From the NCBI GenBank assembly GCA_042218325.1, contig JBDGRE010000010.1, positions 10,524 to 74,523 of the forward strand: 64,000 bases of DNA, in the 5' to 3' direction. Origin of the DNA: Candidatus Nanohaloarchaea archaeon. Lineage in GTDB: Archaea > Nanohalarchaeota > Nanosalinia > Nanosalinales > Nanosalinaceae. The position numbers were made by a program, and so were the translations under genes. Positions 49,438 through 58,148 of the stretch are shown here, one piece after another (the stretch's first letter is position 1; every line of letters starts with the position of its first letter). The notes below the pieces were generated by a model. That model ran no database searches. It was given only the letters and a program-made list of their open reading frames with translations, and was not told the DNA's origin.

Positions 49438-49444
49438 CCGTTTT

Positions 49445-50089
49445 TCAGTCCTTTCCGATGTTAAGGTCGTGTCTCCTTGTATCGTATGCTATCTTCGATG
49501 CTGTCATGCCTCTCCCTTTCTGGTTCATGAAATACGGCTTCCCGGGTCCGCCGTAGACAACTTTCAACCGGTTCTTCGATATGTTTCCTGCCCGCAGCAT
49601 GAGCTTCACTGTGTTTTCGAAGGTGCCGGGATCAGGGTCGTCTCCTACCGCTATGACTGCGTTCAGTCTTGAAGGCCTGTAATCGGCGTCGAGTTCCTTT
49701 ATCATGGTGGAGACAAGCCCTGATTCTGTGGGCATGACGTGCGCCAGTCCTGCCACAGCTTTCTGGCCGGATTCCTCGAACAGGAGTACTCCGAGACAGG
49801 ACGAGAGACTCTCTGTATAGACGGCGTACCGTTCTTGATGTGAGTCCGTTATGACGTATCTTGGTTTGTCACTAACGTCGGTAGAGCAGACCTTCGTGTC
49901 TCCTTCACTGAATCTAGTAGACCAGTTGTTGACGGTCCTGCAATCTGACAGAGTTACTGGGAGTTTTCCCCCGCTTCCGAGTATATCCTTGATCAGAGAG
50001 AACACTGCTATCCGCTTCCTGTCGCCTTTTTGGCGACCTGGAATAAAAAATCTCTTGGATGTATCGGGCTCTGTTGACCTCCTCCACAA
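49445..50089 (-). CDS. CheD-like deamidase domain protein (start uncertain)
   Basis: TESLSSCLGVLLF...AGLAHVMP matches the CheD LGSC...GLAH Cys/His motif. Confidence 0.65.
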   Translation of the reverse strand: MWRRSTEPDTSKRFFIPGRQKGDRKRIAVFSLIKDILGSGGKLPVTLSDCRTVNNWSTRFSEGDTKVCSTDVSDKPRYVITDSHQERYAVYTESLSSCLGVLLFEESGQKAVAGLAHVMPTESGLVSTMIKELDADYRPSRLNAVIAVGDDPDPGTFENTVKLMLRAGNISKNRLKVVYGGPGKPYFMNQKGRGMTASKIAYDTRRHDLNIGKD

Positions 50090-50135
50090 TCCTGTTTATA
50101 TGTTGTAACTGACAGATAGTAAAATATGGTTCGAT

Positions 50136-50819
50136 ATGACGGATGACCTGAGGAAGCTCCCGTCCGCGGAAGAAGAAGAGCAGGTAGAGGTCACCGTGAG
50201 TTCGCATTTCGGCTACGGCCCGTTCGATGATGAAGAAGGCAGGTGCGAAATCCGGGCCCGGGGCGACAAAGAGCTGTATCTCTCGATGCCGACCGCAGGT
50301 GAGGACGAGTTCGTGACCGGTGGTGTCGAGTGCTACGAGTCCCTGGTAAAGATGACGGCCCCGGACTTCGAGGAAAGACACTGGGAGCCCGGCAGGGAGG
50401 GCTGCGAGAATCTCTCACAGGTCCCTTCGCCGGGTTACAGCGAGATGGAAGAGCTCAAGCAGGATTACATGGAACGCCTTGAAGCCGCCTCGACCGACCG
50501 GGCGGAGAGGAGTGTGCTTGCGGAGATGTGGTACGAGGCCGGAGAGATGGAGCTTGACGGTCCTGCACCACGGACCGCCGGTGATCAGAGGTCGAAGACG
50601 TCGAGTCCGGTTCTCTCGTCAAGCTCGTGCTCCAGCGGTGTCTCGCCGAGGAAGATTATGATTTCGAAGGTTCCCGAGACCTTTGCCGAGGAGCAGTGGC
50701 CGCCGATGCTGCTGAAGTCCCGTTTGCCGAGCTGGATGTGCGCGTGGACCTTGTCCGGGCTGATGTTGCCTGAGAACGAGGTGACCTCGAACTGCTGCTC
50801 GAACTCTTTCTCTCTGTAG
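50136..50819 (+). CDS. Hypothetical acidic protein (3' end doubtful)
   Basis: The first ~145 aa look like real coding sequence; the last 235 bp overlap the antisense DUF296 gene. Confidence 0.5.
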   Translation: MTDDLRKLPSAEEEEQVEVTVSSHFGYGPFDDEEGRCEIRARGDKELYLSMPTAGEDEFVTGGVECYESLVKMTAPDFEERHWEPGREGCENLSQVPSPGYSEMEELKQDYMERLEAASTDRAERSVLAEMWYEAGEMELDGPAPRTAGDQRSKTSSPVLSSSSCSSGVSPRKIMISKVPETFAEEQWPPMLLKSRLPSWMCAWTLSGLMLPENEVTSNCCSNSFSL

Positions 50820-50992
50820 TCCTGCTCTTCGACGTCGTAGTGGCCGAGCGTGACCTCGTCGACCGCGCCTATACCGTAGAAGAACCCGTTCTCGATATCT
50901 TCCTTTTCTCGCAGCTCCCTGATTTTCTTGATGACCTTGTCGCCCGGGTCGAGCCGGGCTATTATCCTGCCGTCCTTGTGTACGTAGTCCAT
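50585..50992 (-). CDS. PPC/DUF296 domain protein
   Basis: RLDPGD, GIGAV, EVTSFSGNI, HAHIQL, GGH. Confidence 0.9.
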   Translation of the reverse strand: MDYVHKDGRIIARLDPGDKVIKKIRELREKEDIENGFFYGIGAVDEVTLGHYDVEEQDYREKEFEQQFEVTSFSGNISPDKVHAHIQLGKRDFSSIGGHCSSAKVSGTFEIIIFLGETPLEHELDERTGLDVFDL

Positions 50993-51017
50993 GTACGGCA
51001 ATCTATCTTGAACGTTT

Positions 51018-51557
51018 TTATCTGAGCAGGATGTCGGGGAATATCCGTTCAACGTCCTCTCTTATCAGGTTGTAAACCGCTCCTAGGGCGAAGGCCGCTG
51101 GTCCCAGGTACACGAGGGGAGGCTCGGCGTACAGGAGGTGGAGTAGGACAAGAGAGGCAAGCATCCCGAGGTCTCTGGCGCCGCCATCTATTTTGACGAG
51201 ATATCTGCCGTCGATCCACTTCTGGGTCAGGTGGTTGAAGACGGCACCTTTCTCACTGTCTTCTCTGCCTTCTCCCGTATATACGTCAACGTCGTTTCCG
51301 AGTATATCCATCAGGCAGTGAGCGGATGCGGCTAGGAAGAAAGCCTTGGCGACCGCGTTTCCTGCCAGGAATGAGAAGGCTGTCAGCACCGGGTAAATAA
51401 CTGGGTAGTGTAGGTCTCTCCGGTGTCTTCTCTTCATGTCCAGGTCGGGAAACAGGCTTCCGGTTATCAGCGCGGTCAGAACAGGTATCCCTGCCCCGGC
51501 GACAGGAAACCATTCGTAAAGCAGGAGAGAAACCATCAGGTGGGTGAAGACCATCAT
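51018..51557 (-). CDS. Membrane-bound metal-dependent hydrolase (YdjM-like)
   Basis: MMVFTH, GSLFPDLD, HRRDLH, HCLMD. Confidence 0.8.
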   Translation of the reverse strand: MMVFTHLMVSLLLYEWFPVAGAGIPVLTALITGSLFPDLDMKRRHRRDLHYPVIYPVLTAFSFLAGNAVAKAFFLAASAHCLMDILGNDVDVYTGEGREDSEKGAVFNHLTQKWIDGRYLVKIDGGARDLGMLASLVLLHLLYAEPPLVYLGPAAFALGAVYNLIREDVERIFPDILLR

Positions 51558-51615
51558 CGGCTGGGTCAAGATTCCGGGCCAGATTTAATATTTCCTGCTG
51601 CGAAGCTTTCCTACT

Positions 51616-52731
51616 GTGTCCCGGAAAAGCGTCAACGGCCTTTTAATATACGAGTTTCTGAAAAATTCCGCTATATCGCTCATCGGGGTTTTCATACCGG
51701 TCTACATCCTGTCGCAGGGCCATGGGCTCGGCCTGGCGGCTCTTTTCATAGGTGTATCCGGTCTTACAGGCGTCCTTCTCTCGCTACCCGTATCCCGGGT
51801 CATCCACTCGAAGGGGCTCAGGAGCAGCCTTTTCGCGTCGTATATCTTTCTGGTTCCCGGGCTTCTTCTGGTCAGGAGTTTCGAGCTTTCTCTCCTCGTG
51901 GTTGTGACCTCCGGATTACTTTACGGCATCGGAAACCTCTTCCACTGGATAGGGCTTGACGCGGCTTTCGCCGCGGATTCTGATGGCGACCGGAGGTCGA
52001 TGGCCTCGGGGAAGATTCTGAGCCTTCCGAAAGTATCGAGAATCCTGGGCCCTCTGGCTGGAGGCGTGGTGTTCGCGAGCCTTGGATTTGCCGTGCTAGT
52101 TTCGGTGTCGGTGGTGCTGCTCCTTCTCTCTGGAGTGCCGCTACTCTGGGTGAATAGAGGTACAGGTAAGAGCTACCGTTTTGGAGAAATACTCTCGCGG
52201 GAGAAACGCCGCATGGTGCCTGTTTTCGTAATAAGAGGTGTCCAGGCTGCCTCGAGTGTGGGGGTCTTCGGCATGTTCGTTTTCCTGCTTGTGGGCGGAG
52301 CCCTCGACGTGGGAGCGGCGAACGCGCTGGGAAGCCTTGGATTCGTGCTCACCGGACTCCTGGCTGGAAAGGCTGATTCGAACGGGGAGCGAAACCTGCT
52401 GGTGTCTGCTGGAGGTCTTGGCGCAGCCGCCATGTACGTCGCGAGAGGCCTGGTAGTCACTCCATTCCAGGCTTTTGCGGTATCCTTTATCTCCGGTATA
52501 TTTTTTCAGGTGTACCATGTACCGGTCTACGCCCGGTTCGCGGACGAGGCGGAGATGTACGGGTCGCTGGCTTTCAACACTCTCAAGAGGATTTGCTTTT
52601 CGCTGGGCACATTGGTGACTATCTTGCTGCTTCTATGCTCCCGGTACTTTTTCAGCCTGAGAAGTTCTTTCATCGCTGTCTTCTTAGCTGCTTCCGTTGG
52701 GAGTCTGTTGATGGTCAGGATTCTGAGCTGA
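51616..52731 (+). CDS. MFS transporter
   Basis: About 12 TM segments; GVFIPVYIL, GPLAGG, GKAD. Confidence 0.85.
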   Translation: MSRKSVNGLLIYEFLKNSAISLIGVFIPVYILSQGHGLGLAALFIGVSGLTGVLLSLPVSRVIHSKGLRSSLFASYIFLVPGLLLVRSFELSLLVVVTSGLLYGIGNLFHWIGLDAAFAADSDGDRRSMASGKILSLPKVSRILGPLAGGVVFASLGFAVLVSVSVVLLLLSGVPLLWVNRGTGKSYRFGEILSREKRRMVPVFVIRGVQAASSVGVFGMFVFLLVGGALDVGAANALGSLGFVLTGLLAGKADSNGERNLLVSAGGLGAAAMYVARGLVVTPFQAFAVSFISGIFFQVYHVPVYARFADEAEMYGSLAFNTLKRICFSLGTLVTILLLLCSRYFFSLRSSFIAVFLAASVGSLLMVRILS

Positions 52732-53006
52732 AGGCGCCCCACATCGCGGATACGAGAAAACCCATTGTCAGGGCTTCGAACCAGACCTGCAGCGGCGGAA
52801 TGTATACGCCGAGCAGCCGTTAGGCCTGTCTGGTGGTGGCAGGTATAAGCAGGGCGAAAAGTGAAAGCGTGTAGAAACTTAGACAGCCCATCAGCTTGGC
52901 TCTCGTTCTACCAGGTTCCTGGGGTGTCGAGGGAGTCGGCGAAGTAATACAGGAAGCCGAGGCCGCAGAATGCTATGGCCAGCTGGAACACCGCGGGCTG
53001 CACCAT
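52715..53006 (-). pseudogene. Decayed small 3-TM membrane protein gene
   Basis: MVQPAVFQLAIAFCGLGFLYYFADSLDTPGTW*NES [1 extra nt] KLMGCLSFYTLSLFALLIPATTRQA*RLLGVYIPPLQVWFEALTMGFLVSAMWGAFSSES*. Confidence 0.5.
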
Positions 53007-53063
53007 GATAACTGCGAGCTGTTTGATTTCCTGATGTTAAGTCAGTTTCGCCTCCTGGAAGGG

Positions 53064-53792
53064 TCACCGGAAGTTCTGGACGTCGACCTTGAGGAAGTCG
53101 GAGCCTGTCGGCAGCGAGAAGATGATGTCGTAGGTGTATCCGTAGTCGGACACTATCGTGGCCCTGACCCGGCCCGTTCCTATGAAGCTCCCATAGGTTT
53201 CGGGGGTGGTGTAGCCATCACCCCACCCGGTGGACTTGACGCCGTTCAGCTTCACGAACATGTCGGCGTTCAGGGATTTATCGGGTGAGGGTTCGGTGAA
53301 GTTGTACTCCACCAGCAGCTCCGAGGTGTTGATGGACTTGTAGCTGTCCGGGCTGCCGATCTTCTTTATGCAGGCCTCGATGTGCTCGTTCTCCATCATG
53401 TAGCAGTCGGTGCCGCCGATAGTCGCGTTTTTCACGGTCACGTCGGCGTTGGAGCTGAGTATCACGTTTCCCGTTCTCCTCGTCGCCTGAGGTGATATGA
53501 CCCGTGCATCGGTCTGGAGCTCGTAGACCAGCGAGTCGGTCTCGTTGTCGAAGTAGAGCCGGCCGCGGTCGAAGTTGACCCGTATAGTTCTCGTCGAGCC
53601 CTCTCCCTCGGATACGACCTCCTGTACGTTGGAGTCGAGCTCCTGCATGAAAGACTGCGCCTTGCGTATGGAAGCCGCCTCCTGCATGTTCTCCAGCGCC
53701 GGGAGCCCCGTGGTCAGCGCCACTGATATCGCAGTGACCGTCACGCCCACATACAGCGCGGCGGTCGCGACCTCGGAAACTCCTTTTCCCAT
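53064..53792 (-). CDS. Pilin-like protein
   Basis: MGKG|VSEVATAALYVGVTV; EGEGSTR. Confidence 0.8.
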   Translation of the reverse strand: MGKGVSEVATAALYVGVTVTAISVALTTGLPALENMQEAASIRKAQSFMQELDSNVQEVVSEGEGSTRTIRVNFDRGRLYFDNETDSLVYELQTDARVISPQATRRTGNVILSSNADVTVKNATIGGTDCYMMENEHIEACIKKIGSPDSYKSINTSELLVEYNFTEPSPDKSLNADMFVKLNGVKSTGWGDGYTTPETYGSFIGTGRVRATIVSDYGYTYDIIFSLPTGSDFLKVDVQNFR

Positions 53793-53824
53793 GTCATAAG
53801 ATTTTCCCTCGCGGGCTTAAATGG

Positions 53825-54373
53825 TTATCCTACCAGCGTGTTCTCCCAGGTCACGCCCGAAGACTCCATCATCGAGTGCTTCACTATCCTCGGTGTCGCG
53901 GCGTCGAGGGAGTAAGTCTCGTTCCTCCCCTTGATCTCGAGGTGGAAGTGCTGGAGGCCGGGGCTGAAAGAGGTGTAAAAGGACTGTCCCGGGGCCACGG
54001 TCTCGTTTTTCCAGCCGCCGCCTGTCTTCAGCCGGGCCTCTAGCGACCTGGTGTACTGGTTGACGAAACCCGCCTCGCCCTCACCCGGCAGCAGCACGAG
54101 CGTGTAGCTCGTGTAGGTTATGCCCTTTTCTTTCGCGGTCCTTTCGATGAACCTGTCGTAACTCTGCATCCGTCTCGCGGTGTACCTGGCGGACCGGTTG
54201 TCCTCGAGGGCGTCGTTGAACGCGCTGCTTGACTCTTTCAGTGACTGGCTGAAGAACCCCTTGGTACTGGATCCGGGGTTTATTAGTTCCGGGCCGGTGT
54301 TCAGGTAGACCAGCACGACGAGCAGCGAGAAAATGATCGCCCCGATCACGAAGCTCTGTCCCTTCCTACTCAT
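53825..54373 (-). CDS. Pilin-like protein
   Basis: MSRKG|QSFVIGAIIFSLLV; ATG at 54373 overlaps the upstream stop. Confidence 0.78.
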   Translation of the reverse strand: MSRKGQSFVIGAIIFSLLVVLVYLNTGPELINPGSSTKGFFSQSLKESSSAFNDALEDNRSARYTARRMQSYDRFIERTAKEKGITYTSYTLVLLPGEGEAGFVNQYTRSLEARLKTGGGWKNETVAPGQSFYTSFSPGLQHFHLEIKGRNETYSLDAATPRIVKHSMMESSGVTWENTLVG

Positions 54374-54975
54374 CTCGACCACAGGAAAACCTTGATCTCT
54401 GTAAGATTTTCTCCCGCCACTATGTAGCTCACGGTCTTGATATTCTCGCCGGACGGGACTCCGCCCTTCCGGGTGTAAGAGTCGAACTCGAACTCTCCGC
54501 TGCCTGTCCCGGTGAAGTTGAGGAAGCCCTCCCCACCGGAAAGCGCTACGCCGGTGTACCCTGCGGTGTCGCGGTCCTCTATCACTTTCTCGCCGGCAAA
54601 GGTGACATTGAGGTTCTGGGCGTTCTCCAGCCACAGCTGCATCTCCACGTAACCTCCGCTTTTATCGAAATAGAACTGCTGCGGCGAGCTGAACCTCCGT
54701 CTCTCTGTATCCACCTCGGTAATCCTGACCGAGTGGTTGTATCCCGGCGGCACGAAAGGCTCCAGCTCGGCCCTCAGGACAGGTGGAGACATGTCGTCCC
54801 TCAAAGCCCCGGTCTTGTCGAGAGAGCTCAGAGCGGAGCGCGTCGTCTCCTGCACCGCCCGTGTGTTCGCAGGCTCGCTGCCCGGCACCACGGTAGTCAC
54901 CACCGCCAGGAAGAACGTGGACGCGATTATGGCCTCGAGCGTGTAGACAAAACCCTTTCTCCTCCTTAACGCCAT
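54370..54975 (-). CDS. Pilin-like protein
   Basis: RRKG|FVYTLEAIIAS. Confidence 0.8.
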   Translation of the reverse strand: MALRRRKGFVYTLEAIIASTFFLAVVTTVVPGSEPANTRAVQETTRSALSSLDKTGALRDDMSPPVLRAELEPFVPPGYNHSVRITEVDTERRRFSSPQQFYFDKSGGYVEMQLWLENAQNLNVTFAGEKVIEDRDTAGYTGVALSGGEGFLNFTGTGSGEFEFDSYTRKGGVPSGENIKTVSYIVAGENLTEIKVFLWSR

Positions 54976-57900
54976 AGTGCCACCCTGTTCTCTATCCTTG
55001 AATAGTTACCGTACCGGCCCAGCAGCACCGAAGGCCGGTCGGAGACGACTACGGTCTGGTACGGTATCGGGGAGCCGCGGTCCAGCAGCGATTTGCTTTC
55101 CTCGTGGAAGACCCTGTAACTCATTATCTCCCACGTCCTCGTAACGTTAGTGCTGGTGCCGCTGAAAGACACCCGTGCGTCCTCGGTGTCCTCGACGCTC
55201 AAAGAGTAGTTGTTCAGCCCGTTCTGGATACTGACGACCTGTGTATCTCTCGTACCGCCAGCACCGGAAATCGCTTGGAAGGTCGCAGTCACGCCGGTAT
55301 CAGGAGGAACTGACGCATTTACCTGTAGCTTTCTCCACTCTGTCAGCGCCGAGTTGTCGATTCTGCGGCTGGTATAGCCGCCGTTGAAAGTTCCGTCACG
55401 GCCATCGAAGTAAAGTTGCTGGATTTCGGAGGTCGAGAGAGAGCGGTTGTAGATTCTTATTTCATCCAGCTTGGCATTATTTAGCACTCCACTGGAATCC
55501 CCATTTCCAATTTGGATTTCGGAATAATCCACACTCACATCGCCAGGACTGTCGGAGCATTTAAGCTCACCATCTAGAAACATCGATCTATTATTCTGTA
55601 GTGGGTTGAATCTGACGACTGCTAAATGCCATCGACCGTCTTCTAGTCCGATTCCGTAGCAGTTAAGGTCATTACTGTAGAAGTAATGTTGCCATCCTCC
55701 GTTTCGTATTTCTTGCCCGCTCGCAGAGTTACCACTATTTGAACCCCAATGGATAATTCCATCGCCCTCATTGCTTCCCAGATCCTTTATCCAGAACGAG
55801 GTGGTGAATGCAGAGTTTCCAGTGGGGAGCGATGAAGGGCTATTCACGTCGATATGTGATCCATCAAACATGTAGGATGTGCTATATACCCCCTTATCTT
55901 TAGATTCTATACCGTTCTTGGTTATGCCGTTATTGCTCTCTCCGGAATAATCGGTGACAGTTCCGCCATCTCCCGCGACATTAGCGTCCATCCTCCAGTA
56001 TCCTATCAGGTTGTCTCCGTCGGTCCCGTTCCTGTAGCCGATGCCGAGGTCGCCGGAGTTGTCTTTCCTGTCGGCGGAGCTGAGGTTGAAGCTGCCGGCG
56101 TTCCAGTCGCTCTGGGAGGCCACTGTATACGCGAGTTCCCTGAGGTTGATGTCTTCCCCGTATACGATGTTGTAGTCGAAGTCTTCGAGTCCTATAAGGT
56201 TCTCGAACTTCCTCTTCGCGATGTTTTCAAGCCGCTCTATCCCTCCGCGGGAGGCGCCTCGGAGCTTTTTCTCGGCCCCGAATGCTATATTTCCCTCTTC
56301 AAACAGCTGGATTCTGTTGTGCGCGTCATCATTGTAAGCATCTTGGGGGAAGGCGGCGCCAATACAGTTTCCGCCTACACCTCCGAGGTCAACAGGGCTG
56401 GAGAAATTCCCTCTTTCAACATTCTCTATGTAGAAGCCGTGGTTGCTGCTTACCGCGGAGCCGCCGTTGTTGTGGACGCAGCCAACAAGGTCTTGATCGC
56501 CATCATGGTCGACATCGCCAGCATCAAGCCCGATATGGCCATTGGTCGTGTACACCACGTTATCTCTCTGAAAGGCCCCGTCCCCCTCTCCTAAGTAAAG
56601 GTTGATGGAGCCGTTGCCCTCGGGATTCACTGCGAAGTCCTTATGGCCGTCGCTGTTGAAGTCTGCCTCCGCAAGATAGTTGTTGTCGCCTAGGTTGGAG
56701 ACCACGGTGGGTGACCCGAACGTGCCGTCGCACCGCCCAGGCCAGAAGCTCGCGTCGCCGTTGCTCCCACCTATAAGGTCTTCGCAGCCATCCTCGTTGA
56801 AGTCGGCGGATACAACATCACGAGCCACCATGCTGGAACCAAGTTCTGTCTCAGTCCATCCTGATGCAGTGTTCTCCACAAGCCAGGTAGGCGACTTGCC
56901 ACAGCATCCGCTGACAACTACTATGTCCTGGTCTCCGTCGCTGTCGAAGTCTCCAGGTGTCATGCCTTGGAAGTTCCCCGATCCTGATGGCGTTGTGGCT
57001 GCAAGCTCCGGTCTGGAGGGGGGTGTGTCGGCGACGTTTCGCCAGATATATACGTTCTGTCCCCCGTCGGGATTGCCGGAGTTTGCGTGAGCTATATCGT
57101 AGTATCCGTCGCCTGTGAAGTCAGCGATAACTATACCGCCGTCCGTGTTGGAATCGGAGTAGGAGTCGCCGAAGGACTCTATCGTCCCGAAGCTCCCGTC
57201 CTGGTTCGAGTACTGGTAGTCAAGGTCGCTGTCATCCGCCTGGTAGGCGATGAATTCGTGAATGGGTTCTATGGGGTCTGTCTGCAGCCTGATTCTCAGC
57301 CGCGGCGCGTCGATTGAGGCACGGACCGTCGAGGAATCGGGTTTAGATACGGTCGCGTCGAGTTCGTCTCCGAGGAACGTGACACCGTAGCCGGATGCGA
57401 CCGTGAATGCCGACGTGGTGCCTGACTTGAAGGTGCCTGTTCCGGTGAGTTCCGTGGTGGAGCCGTCGCGGTGCCAGTAGAGAGTGGTGAAGTTCTTCAT
57501 GTCGAAGGTCACGGTTCCCGGGTTCTCGAGTATCAGTTCGCGGGAGCCGTTGTACAGTTTCAGGTCGCCGGAGAGCGTCGATGTGTGCAGCTCGTCCTCG
57601 CTGACCGTGAAAGTGTCGCCGTTGAGGTCCGCGCTCGGCTCCAGTATCTCGTTCCCGTTGACCCCGAGGGACTGGAGGCCGGGCGAGCCGGGTTTCACGG
57701 ATACCATGGAGTTGTTCATCCAGGTACCGGTTTCTATGTTGTTAGAGTAGCTGATGTTCGAGTTCGAGGTGTAGAAGTAGTTGAGCTGGTGCGTCGAGTT
57801 TCTCCCGTCTACCACGGTCACGACACGGTCCTGACCTATGTCGATGTCGGCAGGTATGTCCATCGAACCTGTCCCGGCATAGGCTTCTTCCGGGAAGACG

Positions 57901-58148
57901 TAGCTGCGGTCGACCGGTATCCTTCCTGTCTCCGAAGGGGTCCTGACTATCAGGGGTGCCTGTTCCCCGCGGTAGTAGGTCTGCTCTTCGAGCTTCTGCT
58001 GCACAAGTGAGGCTTTCTGCCTGGCCTCTGTGACGCCGCTCTCTCCCATGTTCGAGTTGGCGACGAACAGGAGGCCTCCGAGAATCGATACGAGGAAAAG
58101 GCCAAGACCGACGGTGAAGTCGATGTTTATGGCCTGGCCCTTGCTCAT
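54966..58148 (-). CDS. Large pilin-like adhesin with FG-GAP/VCBS repeats and a LamG domain
   Basis: MSKG|QAINIDFTVG; five DFxxDGxxD-type repeats; LIGYWRMD...FTTSFW...DGRWHL...LDEIRIYNRSLS. Confidence 0.88.
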   Translation of the reverse strand: MSKGQAINIDFTVGLGLFLVSILGGLLFVANSNMGESGVTEARQKASLVQQKLEEQTYYRGEQAPLIVRTPSETGRIPVDRSYVFPEEAYAGTGSMDIPADIDIGQDRVVTVVDGRNSTHQLNYFYTSNSNISYSNNIETGTWMNNSMVSVKPGSPGLQSLGVNGNEILEPSADLNGDTFTVSEDELHTSTLSGDLKLYNGSRELILENPGTVTFDMKNFTTLYWHRDGSTTELTGTGTFKSGTTSAFTVASGYGVTFLGDELDATVSKPDSSTVRASIDAPRLRIRLQTDPIEPIHEFIAYQADDSDLDYQYSNQDGSFGTIESFGDSYSDSNTDGGIVIADFTGDGYYDIAHANSGNPDGGQNVYIWRNVADTPPSRPELAATTPSGSGNFQGMTPGDFDSDGDQDIVVVSGCCGKSPTWLVENTASGWTETELGSSMVARDVVSADFNEDGCEDLIGGSNGDASFWPGRCDGTFGSPTVVSNLGDNNYLAEADFNSDGHKDFAVNPEGNGSINLYLGEGDGAFQRDNVVYTTNGHIGLDAGDVDHDGDQDLVGCVHNNGGSAVSSNHGFYIENVERGNFSSPVDLGGVGGNCIGAAFPQDAYNDDAHNRIQLFEEGNIAFGAEKKLRGASRGGIERLENIAKRKFENLIGLEDFDYNIVYGEDINLRELAYTVASQSDWNAGSFNLSSADRKDNSGDLGIGYRNGTDGDNLIGYWRMDANVAGDGGTVTDYSGESNNGITKNGIESKDKGVYSTSYMFDGSHIDVNSPSSLPTGNSAFTTSFWIKDLGSNEGDGIIHWGSNSGNSASGQEIRNGGWQHYFYSNDLNCYGIGLEDGRWHLAVVRFNPLQNNRSMFLDGELKCSDSPGDVSVDYSEIQIGNGDSSGVLNNAKLDEIRIYNRSLSTSEIQQLYFDGRDGTFNGGYTSRRIDNSALTEWRKLQVNASVPPDTGVTATFQAISGAGGTRDTQVVSIQNGLNNYSLSVEDTEDARVSFSGTSTNVTRTWEIMSYRVFHEESKSLLDRGSPIPYQTVVVSDRPSVLLGRYGNYSRIENRVALWR

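Noticed and set aside
50247-50262. Possible fourth tRNA repeat (AAATCCGGGCCC)
   Set aside because: It is only a 12-nt match inside a coding region and lacks the GTTC and TGCCA ends; chance is plausible.
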